Below are positions 38,000 through 50,825 of a stretch of DNA of 64,000 bases, piece after piece; position 1 is the first letter of the stretch, and each line of letters begins with the position of its first letter. The position numbers were made by a program, and so were the translations under genes. Source of the DNA: Octopus vulgaris (Eukaryota); the NCBI GenBank assembly GCA_951406725.2, contig OX597834.1, forward strand, positions 31,124,001 to 31,188,000. Reading direction: 5' to 3'. The notes under the pieces are model-generated. The model did not search any database. It was not told the DNA's origin and saw only the letters and a program-made list of their open reading frames with translations.

Positions 38000-38362
38000 T
38001 TCTCTCCAGTTGGATCAATGTTTGTTTCAGCTCTTCCTCAGTATTCCACCTCTAGTTATTTGTGGAGCTTTCTCTATCCCACCGCTGTTGTGGGTTCCAG
38101 ATCAGGGCCTGATATGTCCATACTGAACTCTAGTCCCAACCCATATATTTCATTGGGGGGAAGATCAGCTTCTAACATGTTTTGCTGGTTTGAATTATCT
38201 TCGATATACTTCTGCAGTTCTGCTTTGTTCTAGATGTGGTTGTTGATGATGTGCAAAGCCATTTTTACCCCTGGAAGGAAGTGGTCCATATTAGTCTATC
38301 TTTTGATCTGTGCAGCATGGGAGGCCCTAACAGGAGCTTGCGTTTCTACTGGCATAGCTCTC
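38000..38362 (-). pseudogene. Decayed RTE LINE fragments
   Basis: Minus translation ..YQALIWNPQQR..N*RWNTEEELK resembles RTE QALxWNPQGKR..NTWRR. The adjacent GCATGGGAGGCCCTAACAGGAGC..GGCATAGCTCTC is RTE-like. Confidence 0.5.
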
Positions 38363-38642
38363 ACACATGCTCCCTCCCTCATACACATTCACTGACATGA
38401 GGATTGCCTGCCCTGTGTATCCCATGTGATAACCAGCACCTATTTGCCTGGCTTCTATGCATCACATATGATATCACATTCCCAATTTTTGCTTTCAGCC
38501 ACCAGAGTTACTTGTGACTTATGAAAGCAAAAATTTATATTACTCAAAACATATGAAAATAAGGGCTGAATAAATTTTCGGGATACCAACATGGGTAGTC
38601 TTATAAGGAGCAACTTATAAAAATGGTTTGGACAGGCAAAGG

Positions 38643-38681
<39 letters not shown>

Positions 38682-39817
38682 TGTGTACAGTGCTCAGGTG
38701 CACTACAACTCATCTAAAGTCTATGTATAATCAGGTGTAGTTTCGGCGGATTTCGGAAATCTATCAACCCTGGACAGATAAAGTGCAGGGACTATCCCCA
38801 ACGAAGATTTGAACTTGGAATGTAAGGAGAACCATCTAAATAACTCTGCAACACATTTTGTCCATTTGCTCTAATTGTTTTATGCTCACATTCTGATTAA
38901 TGCATTATGGTGGTGATGGTGGTGGTGGTGATGGTGGTGGTGGTGGTGGTGGTGGTGGTGGTGGTGGTGGTGGTGGTGGTGGTGGTTGAGTAAGATGACG
39001 ATGATGATGATGATGATGATGTTGACAATAATAATTGTAATCGTTGCCGTTCGTTATCACTCGCTATCATTGTTTTTGGAGCAATCATCATCATAACCAT
39101 CATCATCATCATCATCATTGATTACTTAATGTATTTGTGGCTTATTTATTGCTCATTTGAGGGGAGGGGAGAAAATATTTTATCTCAACTCCACCCCTTC
39201 TCTCATGACTTTATATGTGAGTGTATGTGGATGCTATGTATTTGTGTGTGTGTGTGTGTGTGTGAATATATGTGTTTATATATATGTGTGTGTGTGTGTG
39301 TCATGTGTTTCTGTCTATTTATCTGTGTATGTGTGTGTGTGTCTTTCTATATCTCTATATGTGTCTGCGTGTGTTGTGTGTTTTTTATCTTTGTGTTTGT
39401 GTTTGTATCTATCACACACAAAAAACACACACATACGTATGTAATTAACATAACAGCTTGTTAATTGTCTAATATCATTAGTCAGGTGTGAATGGTCTGA
39501 TGAATGTGTGTGTGTGTGTGTGTGTGTGACTGTTGAGAATTTCATATACATTTGACTGTTTGTTTAAAGATATGTGTGTGCGTGTGTGTGTATTTGTGTT
39601 TGTTCATGACTAATTAGTTGTGTGTGTGTGTGTGTGTGTGTGTGTACATGTGCTTCTGGCTACTTGTTTAAAGTTGTGTGTGTGTGTGTGTGTGTGTGTG
39701 CAAGTAACTGTTTACAGGTGTGTGTGTGTGTGTGTGTATTTCTTACTGATTCTTTAGAAATGGAAATTACTATGTCTCTGTTTACAGGTGTGTGTGTTTG
39801 TGTATGTGTGTGCCTTG

Positions 39818-39856
<39 letters not shown>

Positions 39857-40190
39857 TATGTGACTATTTGGTTAGAAGTGTGCTGCTTAGGTGTTTATTC
39901 AAGTATGTATTGCACTTTTTTTATTTTGCTGTGTGTGTGTGTGTGAAGTGTCTGTTTGAAATACTGTGGATTTGAGAGAAAACTAGAATGTGTGTGTGTG
40001 TGTGAATCAAGTAAAAACATAAAAAAAAACAAAAAACAAAAGAAAAAGTGACTGATACATGTTCTGGCATGGCTGGAGCTGAAACAGATTCAAAAATTTA
40101 TTTCCCCTACATGAGTTTGTCCCATGGATTGTAGGCTTGTCATTGGTTTAGGATGAAAATTAGCGTTTACAAAGGTACATAGGTTTTTTT

Positions 40191-40267
<77 letters not shown>

Positions 40268-40301
40268 TCATATATACATATATATATACATATATACACA
40301 C

Positions 40302-40348
<47 letters not shown>

Positions 40349-40430
40349 TATATACATACAAGACCCCAGTTGAACCGTCCAAACCCATGCTAGCATGGAA
40401 AACGGACGCTAAACGATGATGATGATGATG

Positions 40431-40479
<49 letters not shown>

Positions 40480-40557
40480 AATAAATACATATATATATAT
40501 GTATGTATGTGTGTGTGTGTGTGTGTGTGTGTTTATTTATTTAAATATACATTTAAA

Positions 40558-40637
40558 TGGTTCTGAAGAAGCTATGTTGCTTGGGCACTTAGCTCTGAGT
40601 TCACTTCTTCTTATAACAGAAACAACTGTAGGCTAAT
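40558..40637 (+). ncRNA. Decayed type I hammerhead
   Basis: TGGTT-CTGAAGA-...-GAAA-CAACTG-TA-GGCTA: core intact, stems weakened. Confidence 0.55.
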
Positions 40638-41066
40638 GGAAATGATTATGCAATCCCTTTTCTGTTGTCATTCATTTGGGACAGAATTTTCCATACCCAT
40701 CAACATTAACATTCTCACTCATAACACCTGTATGTTCTGAAAATGTCATCATCATCATCGTTTAACGTCCGTTCTCTATGCTAGCATGGGTTGGACAGTT
40801 CGACCTGGATCTGGGAAGCCAGAAGGCTGCACCAGGCTCCAGTCTGATCTGGCAGTGTTTCTACAGCTTGATGCCCTTCCTAACGCCAACCACTCCATGA
40901 GTGTAGCGGGTGCTTTTTACATGCCACTCGCACAGGTGCCAGGCGAGGCTGGCAACGGCCACAATCGGATGGTGCTTTTTACGTGCCAACGGCACAGGGA
41001 TCATAATTACGATTTCCATTGTACTGAAAATGTAACTTTGCCAAATAAAGTCCACTTTATATTCAA

Positions 41067-41147
41067 GGCTCTGATGAAGCTGTAGGACGTTATCCTGGTA
41101 CTCAACTAAGATTCCACCATACCTTATTGCAGAAACAGCTGTAAGCT
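41067..41147 (+). ncRNA. Type I hammerhead ribozyme with extended stem II
   Basis: GGCT-CTGATGA-AGCTGTAGG...CCTTATTGCA-GAAA-CAGCTG-TA-AGCT. Confidence 0.72.
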
Positions 41148-41530
41148 AATGAAGCTCATTATATAATATTTGCTTTTTCCTGTGTCATCTGTTTCTTTCT
41201 ATGTTTGTGTGTGTGTGTGTATCTATAATGAATGAATACACACATACTGACACAAGGATGAGTCAGATGTAATGCAAATTTTATTTGTGTTTTTATCTCA
41301 CTCTTGTGTGTATGTGTATACACACACATATATGTATTAATATATATATTATGAATTATATATAGTTGACATCATATGAATTTCATAAACTTTTGAGAGA
41401 ATGTGAAATAGTTCTATCAGTATCTTTTGCTGAACTGCTAAGTTACGGGGACATAAACACACCAGCATCGGTTGTCAGCAGTGTTGGTGGGGACAAACAC
41501 ACACACACACACACACACACATACATATAT

Positions 41531-41567
<37 letters not shown>

Positions 41568-41819
41568 AAATGGGACAAGAATGCAAAACACTCAAATAGA
41601 CCACACAAAAAACGGATGGGTCATTCGAAGCCTCTAATCTTCAGTCAAGAACCGGATCATCCTCGCAATTTCGGCTGATTATATATATATATATACACAT
41701 GTGTGTGTGTGTGTGTATATATATATATACACATACACACATACACATACATGTATATATATATATATATATTCACACACATACATGTATGTGTATATAT
41801 ACATATATATATATGTAAT

Positions 41820-41866
<47 letters not shown>

Positions 41867-42199
41867 GTATATATATATATAATTATATACGCACATGCAC
41901 ACACATACATACTCAGTCGCACATTTGTACAGACATGCAAATATATATATATCTGTGTGTCCACCTCCTCAAGTGGTGCTCACTTTAATTACCACCACCA
42001 CAACCGCAGCAGCAGCACCCACGTGAGTGTGCATGTGTCTACCTATCAGTGCATCATTGTCGTCGTCGTCGTGCATCACCCACACCCTGCACCACCTGTG
42101 GATGCTACCACCGACGCCGCTGCTGCTGCTCTGTTGCTTAGTCAGGTGCTGCCTCTTCTTTTTATGCCATTTTGCACTGTCCAAATATTTATCTTCCTC

Positions 42200-42244
42200 A
42201 TCTCAGACTCTCTCTCTTTCTCTGATTCTCTCTTTCATTCTACT

Positions 42245-42276
<32 letters not shown>

Positions 42277-42815
42277 ACTCTCTGGTCTTTCCTTCCTTCT
42301 CCCTCTTACTCCTGTCAGCTTAATTCTTTCTCTCAGGTTTTCTCTCTCTCTCTCCCTCTCTCTCTCCCTCTTTCTCTCTCCATTTTCTCTCTCCTCTCTC
42401 TCTCCCTCTTCCTCTCTCTCTCTCCCTCTTTCTCTCTCTCTCCCTCTTTCTCTCTCTCTCTCCCTCTTCCTCTCTCTCTCCCTCTTTCTTTCTCTCCCTC
42501 TTTCTCTCTCTCCCTCTTTCTCTCTCTCTCCCTCTTTCTCTCTCTCTCTCTCTCTCTCTCTTACTCTTTCTCTCTCTCCCCCTCTTTCTCTATGCCATTC
42601 TCTCCTTCTCAATTCTGACCACTTACTCTCAACATCTCTGTCTTTCAAAGTCTCTCTTTTTCAACTTTTTTCTCTCTCTCTGCCTTTTCCTCCTCTTAGT
42701 TTCTGCCTCTCTCCCTCTCCATCACTTCTCTCTCTATCTTTTAGTATCATCCTTTCTTATTCCCCCCCCCCTCTCTCTCTCTCACTCTCATCATTATCAT
42801 TCCTTCTCTTTTTCT
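42200..42815. repeat. Long (CT)-rich polypyrimidine tract
   Basis: About 600 bp dominated by (CT)n and CTCCCTCTTT units; it explains the 286-aa Ser/Leu ORF. Confidence 0.9.
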
Positions 42816-42942
42816 AATTCCATCTTAAATGTCTTCCTTCCTCTTTCAGTCTTTGTGCCAACATTGCTAAAATAATTCTGAGGATGGAACTCACTCTAGT
42901 TGTTGTTTGTCTGTCTCTTTCTCTCTCTCTCGCTCTCTCTCT

Positions 42943-42974
<32 letters not shown>

Positions 42975-43403
42975 TAGTGAGCTTAAAGAAACAGTAAAAA
43001 AGAACACACAAAATACCCTAAAAATTTACAAAATAGAGGAACAATTCCACACCCCCTTCCCATTTCCACTCTGGAGAAAAACTAAGAAAGAAAACAAAAA
43101 AAAAAGGCATTTTCCATTTTCTTCTGTTTTCATTTCCCTAAAAACACATCATAAACTTATGAAGAAGCATAAAATGCCCCCCCCCTCTTCTCTCACTCTG
43201 CTTCTTTTGTCTATGAAGCTGAAACCATAAAAATCCCCCTCCCCACCACCAAATACCTTCTACTTCATCTTTCTCTTTGACTTCTTACCATTTCTTCTTC
43301 ATATTCTTCAGATTTTATTGTCTTTAAAGTTGTTTGGGATTTTTTTCTCCTGCATGTTTTGAATAATGGCTATGCTCCTGCAATACATGTACGCATTTTC
43401 ATA

Positions 43404-43631
43404 TCTTACTCTCTTTCTCTTTTACTTGTTTCAGTCATTTGACTGCGGCCATGCTGGAGCACCGCCTTTAATCGAGTAACTCGACCCCGGGACTTATTCT
43501 TTTGTAAGCCCAGTACTTATTCTATCGGTCTCTTTTTGCCGAACCGCTAAGTAACGGGGACATAAACACACCAGCATCGGTTGTCAAGCAATGCTAGGGG
43601 GACAAACACAGACATACAAACACACACATGC

Positions 43632-43664
<33 letters not shown>

Positions 43665-44014
43665 TACGACGGGCTTCTTTCAGTTTCCGTCTACCAAATC
43701 CACTCACAAGGCTTTGGTTGGCTCGAGGCTATATTAGAAGACATTTGCCCAAGGTGCCACGCAGTGGGACTGAACCCGGAACCATGTGGTTGGTAAACAA
43801 GCTACACAGACACACAAACACACACACGCATATATATATATACATATATACGACGGGCTTCTTTCAGTTTCCATCTACCAAATCCACTCACAAGGCTTTG
43901 GTCGGCCCGAGGCTATAGTAGAAGACACTTGCCCAAGGTGCCACGCAGTGGGACTGAACCTGGAACCATGTGGTTGGTAAGCAAGCTACTTACCACACAG
44001 CCACTCCTGCGCCT
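43404..44014 (-). mobile_element. SINE family B with internal tandem duplication
   Basis: The segment ACAGACA..ACGACGGGCTTCTTTCAG..TGGTTGGTAA occurs twice (about 43607-43805 and 43806-43990). Confidence 0.85.
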
Positions 44015-44095
44015 ATCTTGTTGATCATACTGGCAGAATGACTGGTGCGTTGGATAAAATGCTTTTGGCAGCATTTCATGTAACTCTGTTTGAAT

Positions 44096-44295
44096 GGGGT
44101 GCTGGAAAGTTCCTGGCAGAAGAAATTACAGGAGAATCAGTTTATTGTGATTTTATTCAGCATAATCCTCTCTCAGATTCACATACTTATTGCAGCAGTC
44201 CTTCAGTTTTTTTCTAAGCCCTGTAAAAGAACTCGGCCGTTTGAGTTTCCAGCCAGGCCTTTCGCAATCCCCTTAAAGCCAGGAACTTTTCAACA
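44096..44295. mobile_element. Tc1/mariner-like MITE relic
   Basis: Imperfect TIRs TGCTGGAAAGTTCCTGGC / GCCAGGAACTTTTCAACA. Confidence 0.5.
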
Positions 44296-44831
44296 TATAT
44301 ACTTCATATATTCCTGAGTTCAAATTTCACCCGAGGTTGACTTTGTCTTCCATCCTCTTTGGGTGGGGTTGGGAATGGGGGGTTGATGAAATAAGTACCA
44401 GTTAATCATTGGGTTCGTTGAAATCAGCTTGCTTCCCCCAAAGGTTCCCTTCCAAATTACTAACTGAAATTAGAAAGAGTGGTTGGCGTTAGGAAGGGCA
44501 TCCAGCTGTAGAAACACTGCCAGATCTGACTGGCCTGGTGCAGCCTTCGGGCTCCCCAGACCCCAGTTGAACCGTCCAACCCATGCTAGCATGGAAAGCG
44601 GACGTTAAATGATGATGATGATGGTGGTGGTGGTATTAAGCTGGTAGAATTATTACTGCATCAGACCAAATGTTTAGTGGCATTCTCTTCTGGCTTTCTG
44701 TATTCTGAACTCAAATTCTTGTGGAGTTGGCTTTGCTTTTCATCCTTTTGGGGTTTGATAAAATATGTACCAGTTGAACACTGGGGGGGTCAGTGTAATT
44801 GACCAGCACCCCCCTCCCATCCTTCCCTTAA

Positions 44832-45053
44832 CCCTTTCGTTACCAACCCGGCTGAAACCGGCTCTGGCTCTGTGGTACAAATGTCTTGTTTTCATAAGTT
44901 TTGAATTAAAATCTTCAACCAAACCTTAGTCACAATCTATGTTCCTAACACTAGCTTAATGACAACCAAGTCATTTTGCTAAATTCTTTGTTATATTTAA
45001 AATTAATTGAAAGAAACACAGAGCATCTCAAAATAAATACAGTAACGAAAGGG
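44832..45053. mobile_element. piggyBac-like MITE (F1)
   Basis: TTAA|CCCTTTCGTTAC...GTAACGAAAGGG|TTAA with perfect TIRs. Confidence 0.9.
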
Positions 45054-45409
45054 TTAAAGACACAATGTTTGTAGATTCGCTGTTAAATGAAAGCTTTGGG
45101 GTTTAACCCGGAGAGTTTCTTAACAGCTTAGAACAAGAATCAAAATGATTGGTTTTAAATTCCATAAGAGACATCAGGATTCGCTTATCTCCCCTTTGCA
45201 AGATGCCGAAGGATGGTGGCAGGAAGCTATTTAGCTATTTATGGATAAACAAGATTGTGAACGACACGCTAACTTATTTGCATATTGGTACAACACTCAC
45301 CGGCTGATGTTAATTATTACCGGAGTTCTAATACAGCATGAGTTTTGGGATGTGGGGATTTCTGCTTTTGGATGCTTCTGTCTCTTCTCTGCCTTTGTTT
45401 TCTTTATTA

Positions 45410-45778
45410 TTGACATCATCATCATCATCATCATCGTTGTTACCATCATCGATGTTACGATCATCATCACCATCATCATCATCAGCATCGTCGTTACCAT
45501 TGTCGACGTTGTTGTCATTATCACAAACACCATCGTCGCCACCATCATCGGCATCGGCATCATCATCATTGTCAGCATCACCACTGCAACCAGTGCTGTC
45601 ATCATCATCATCATCATCATCATCACAATCACCTTGTTTACCTTTGCTTACCACCGTGACTTAATGATTTCATTTAGTGTGTCTATGACCACACACACAC
45701 ACACACACACACTCACGTATATTCTGACACAGTAATACATGCAAACACAAATACACACGCGTTGACATACACTAGCAA

Positions 45779-45813
<35 letters not shown>

Positions 45814-46910
45814 CATAGGTGTGCAGACATGTAAACACTCATACGCAGACACGGATGCACACATATGCACACCCACACATGTATACACATACGCGAGGCA
45901 GCACACAGACACGCATACGAACCAATGCACGCAGACATCTGAACCCCCCCACACACACACACACACACACGCACACATTAGCACACACGTGTGCACACGC
46001 ACATGCACACGCGCGGCTGCTACTTCATTAAATTGCTTGGCTTGATTATGGAAACGTCAACTGGAAACCTTTACAGTGACTTCATAATATACTCGTCATT
46101 ACGTCATTCTCCGCTCTCTTGTAAGGTATCTCATCAACAGCATCACCATCATCATCATCATCATCATCATCGTTGTCATCATCATCATCATCATCGTCAG
46201 TGTTGTTGTCATCAGAATCATCATCATCATCATTGCCATCATCGTTGCTGTCATCATTGTTGTTAACTTATCGTCATTCATTCCCCGCTTCGTTATCATC
46301 AACACCATCATCATCATCATCATCATCAACACCATCATCATCATCATCAACACCATCATCATCATCATCATCATCATCATCACTATTACTACCACCATAA
46401 CACTATCATCATCATCATAGCCATCGTAACTGTCATCATCCTCAGAATCTTGATCATCGTGACTATCATCATCATCATCATCATTATTCCCATCATCATC
46501 ATCATCATCACCGTCACTTTAATTATAGCATTTTCATCATCGACATCATTTCCAATCCCACAATCATAGTAATTAAGTCCTCGTTATTAACCTTCCCTAA
46601 CTCTTTCATCATCTGAACAACCACTAGTACTACTATCACATTACCCACACCGCCACCATCATCATCATCATTATCATCAATACTACTTAATCACTGTCAC
46701 CTACACCACCACCATCACTATCAACTTCACCCTCACCTTAATCAATCATCATCATCATCATCATAGGTACCCCTCCTTATGTCTAACATCACCATCACTA
46801 CTACCACCACCTCTACTGTTCTCATCACTATCACCATCACTACCATTATGAACATCATCGTCCTCATTATCATCATCACTATCAACAACTCCTCATCACC
46901 ATCACCTCTG
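45410..46910. repeat. Compound (CAT)n/(CA)n low-complexity region
   Basis: Long degenerate trinucleotide and dinucleotide arrays. Confidence 0.9.
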
Positions 46911-47455
46911 ACTTAATGTTCTGAGTTCAAATCCTGCCGAGGTCGACTCTGTCTTCCATCCTTTTGGGGTCAATAAAATAAGTACGAGTTGAACACTGGG
47001 GTTGTTGTAATCGACTCAATCCCCTCCCTGAAATTGCTGGCCTTGTGCCAAAATTTGAAACCATTATTGTTGTTGTTGTTGTTGTTAAGGCATAAAGCTG
47101 CCTCAGTCATAAGTGAATCAAAGAAATTGCTCAGCAGTATTTCATTTGGTTCTTTACATTGTGAGTTCAAATGCCACCATGGTTGATTTCACCTTTTGTC
47201 TTTTTGGGGGTCGAAGCAATCAGCTCATCCCCTTACTCAAAACTTCATGTCCTTCTGACAATAATAGAAAGGATTATTATTACCATTTATCAATTTGTAT
47301 TGCAAGACTCCTGATGTGGAACCGTGTGTTGAAACAAATATTGTGGTATTTTGGAACGGCCTTTGTTTTTTATATTTTTTTACACAAATAAACACATACC
47401 CTTTATATTTGTTCTTCACTTGTTTATTACTGTTCTTATTCTAACTCATGTCCAC

Positions 47456-47500
47456 TGTCCGGAAATCTTTCATCACACATCTGTGACTTCTTCAGCAACA
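47456..47500 (-). ncRNA. Minimal hammerhead-like motif in an inverted PLE relic
   Basis: Minus strand: TGTTG-CTGAAGA-A-GTCACA gatg TGTGAT-GAAA-GATT-TC-CGGACA. Confidence 0.55.
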
Positions 47501-48310
47501 CCTTCCATCCTTGTGTGTGCTCTTGCTCCACTTTGTCCCTTCTGTTCTTCTTCTATGGTGTGACAAAAGATTTCCAGACAATGGACATAAATTAAAATGA
47601 GAACAGCAATAGACAAGTGGAGGACGGACATATAGAGAGTGTGTTTGTTTGGTAAAAAATGAATTAAAAAATGACCATCCTGAAATTATTATTATCTCCC
47701 CAATTCTAATTCCTTGATGACAATCAACGAAAGCCTATTTCTGTGTCCGTTTCTTCGTAACGCCATTCTTCCATATCACCCTCTGTGCTTCACCATTTCT
47801 TCAGTTTTACAAATTCCAGTCCCCAACAAGTACTCTTGAAATGTACTCTTCATTACTCACTGTGTACTCCTAGTGCACTCATTACTTTCTCGTTAGGTTG
47901 CTGGTCAATTTAATTATGGTAATGACCATGTTTGTCTCTCTGCCATTTTGAAATTCCATCAGGTCCCAGCCTCCTACCTCCCCATCTTCCCCTTCCTCTT
48001 TCTCCTCCCCTTATTTTGTTCTTGTTTTCTTCTTCCTGTTCCATCTCATCTTCCTTCGTCAGCATCATCATCATCATCATCATGTTTCAAAACCATTTTT
48101 TGCTACCATGGTTACTTGAACATGTGTACATGGCTGCAAATGGCAGTGTATGTGTGTGTGTGTGTGTATGTATGTGCACATGTCTAAGTATGTGTATGTA
48201 TGCGTGTGCACACACGTGTGATTGTATCTTAGTTTTTTTCCTACTCTGGATGATAGACGTACATTACCATCTATATTCTTTTTTCTCTTTTTCTCAAATA
48301 TATTACCATC

Positions 48311-48341
<31 letters not shown>

Positions 48342-48455
48342 CATACATACATATATATATATATATAATCTAATACTTTAAATTTATTAATATATTATAT
48401 AATGGATATTTTTCCATTACAAATTCATATATATATATATAGTATATAATACCAA

Positions 48456-48507
<52 letters not shown>

Positions 48508-49322
48508 TACAATATATGTAACAGGAATAGTTTTAGTTCAAAGTAGTAGTCTGTGTATCATATTGAAAGCCTAATTAAGTATGCTGTTCATCCTGAGATC
48601 GAATCTTTTATAGGTGTACAGTATTAAAAACTTTCCTGATGCCACATTCATACGAGGATGAGTTTGGTATCAGGAAAGGCACCTGGCCATAGAATGTTGC
48701 TTCAAGGAGTCTCATCTAACCCATGCAGGCATGGTAAAAGAAGATGTAAAAGAAATGATAATGATGATGATGATGGCCACCACAATTAGCACCACCCTCA
48801 TCACAGCAATCACCACCACCACCATCACCGTTGTTGATGTTCTTTAACTCTAGGTCAACCCCTACCAAGCAGTCCTCTGACTAAAAGCGTTCATGTCTTG
48901 CTTAACTTTTTCAATTGTAGGTTTAGTTTACTTTGGACAGGGATTAGTAAAGTACAACAGGTGAGGGTTTTTGTGGCTACCCAAAGGGGTCAATAAACAT
49001 CAGAGGTAATTTTGAGCATTAACGGTGCTGAACTATTATCAGGGAAGTGAATTTGGGAAAAGAGAAAGAATGGATGTCTCCAGACCCTCTTTTCAGGGCC
49101 TCTGTAATTGGTGGGAGAAATTTACTCTCAGATCTGAGATGAAACCTGAATGCTTGCAAAACAACAAAAACACACAAAAAAGAAAAACACAGTCTCTTAG
49201 GTATTTAAGGGCCAGGTGGTGGGGCTGAATCAAGCCATGGATTTAGTGTAAACCTAAAAGAGTTTCAGAAACAATTTGAGGTGGTTAATTTGAGTAGAAG
49301 GGCTACCAAAATCTCCATAGAG

Positions 49323-50002
49323 CAAGGGTTGACAAATTTGTCAGTACTGACCCCTAGGGGTCTTTGAGGCTATCAAGAAGTTAATAAACACCTAAAATGA
49401 TTTTGATCATTGAGGCTACTGAACACCCAGCAAACTAAATCTGGAAGAGCATGGATAATTTCAGGTGTCACACTAATTTCCAGCCAAATATTGATGCAAT
49501 ATTAACTTAATATCCACCAACAGGTGCAAGGCGTGGCTGTGTGGCAAGAAGATTGCTTCCCAACCACATGGTTCCAGGTTCAGTCCCACTACGTGGCACC
49601 TTGGGCAAGTGTCTTCTACTATAGCCTTGAGCCAGCCTTGAGCCAGCCAAAGCCTTTGTTCGACTAAAGGTGGTGCTCCAGTATGGCCGCAGTCAAATAA
49701 TTGAAACAAATAAGAGAATAATCATGTGTCTCACTTTGAATATTCTGACTATATTAATATAATTTGACTGAATTATTATTATTGTTCTTTATCAACTTCG
49801 TTAAGCATTTTTTTAAATTAAATTTCTTAAAATATTTCAAACAGTTACGACACAAAAGAATGAAAGAATTACTGTTTTGAAATCAAGAAATTTTTTTATC
49901 ATTTAAAAAAAAAATAATTTTAGAACTTAACATGAAAGCAGTTAGTAATTTTTTGATAATTCCCTTAAGGGGTCAGTACTATAAGAAGGTCACTAGCCCT
50001 TG
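49323..50002. mobile_element. Old hAT-like element carrying a SINE B insertion
   Basis: CAAGGG...CCCTTG ends, subterminal AGTACTGACCCCT / AGGGGTCAGTACT, degenerate 8-bp flanks CCATAGAG / TTCTAGAA, and SINE B at about 49522-49720. Confidence 0.55.
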
Positions 50003-50825
50003 TTCTAGAACCCTATTATCCAACAGGTACCATGTTTGAAAGAAAAAAAAAAACAAGAAAATCTAAAAGGTTGATTGTGTGGATCTGAGGGTAATTTTGA
50101 CTGCCATTTCTAGCAGATGAAGTTAAGCTAATAGTGAGTAGTTGTGAAAAAAGAAAGAAAAGCCTCTGTACTTTCTGAGCGAGAGAGAGAGAGAGAGAGA
50201 CAGAGAGAGAGACAGAGAGAGAGAGATTAAGACTAGTTTAATACTGTACTTTGTGATTAATCCAGTTATTGCTCGATAAGTAGCAATATCCTGAGGCAAC
50301 ACCTCATGTTCACTAAGCCTGGCTCTACTGGTGGCTGGCTGGTTGGTTGGATGGTTGGTATGGTGGTGGTAGTGGTGGTGGTTGTAACAATTGCAGTTGT
50401 AGTAGTAGTAGTGGTAGTAGTAACTGGTGATGTTGGTTTGGTATGGTGGTAACAGAGCAGGTGGTAGTAGTAGTAGTAGTAGCAGCAGCTGTAGTGCTAT
50501 TAGTGATGGTGCTTGTAATGGTATCTGTTGTAGTAGGAGTAGTAGCAGCTGTAGTTGTGTTGATGTTGGCTAATTTAGTAGGGTGGTGACAATAGTAGTG
50601 GTAGAAGTAGTAGCAGCAGTAGTGGTGATGGTAGTGGTTACAGTTATGTAGTGGTTGTGGTGGTGGTATTGATGATGGTTGTAATGGTGGTAGTAGTAGT
50701 AGTAGTAGTAGTACTTGTAGTGTAATCCACAACCACCACAGTCATCTCTGTTCTAAGAAACCTATACTAAGATAGAAATACTACTACTACTAATAATAAT
50801 AATGATGATGGTGATGATGATGATG

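Noticed and set aside
41568-41680. CTGAAGA and CGAAA on the minus strand in a (TA)n-flanked insert
   Set aside because: The order and pairing do not give a complete HHR; it is likely a PLE fragment.
41957-42817. Longest ORF, 286 aa
   Set aside because: A product of the stop-free (CT)n tract.
50266-50305. miR-137-like TTATTGCT start with two small hairpins
   Set aside because: Only the seed matches and there is no pre-miRNA-length stem.
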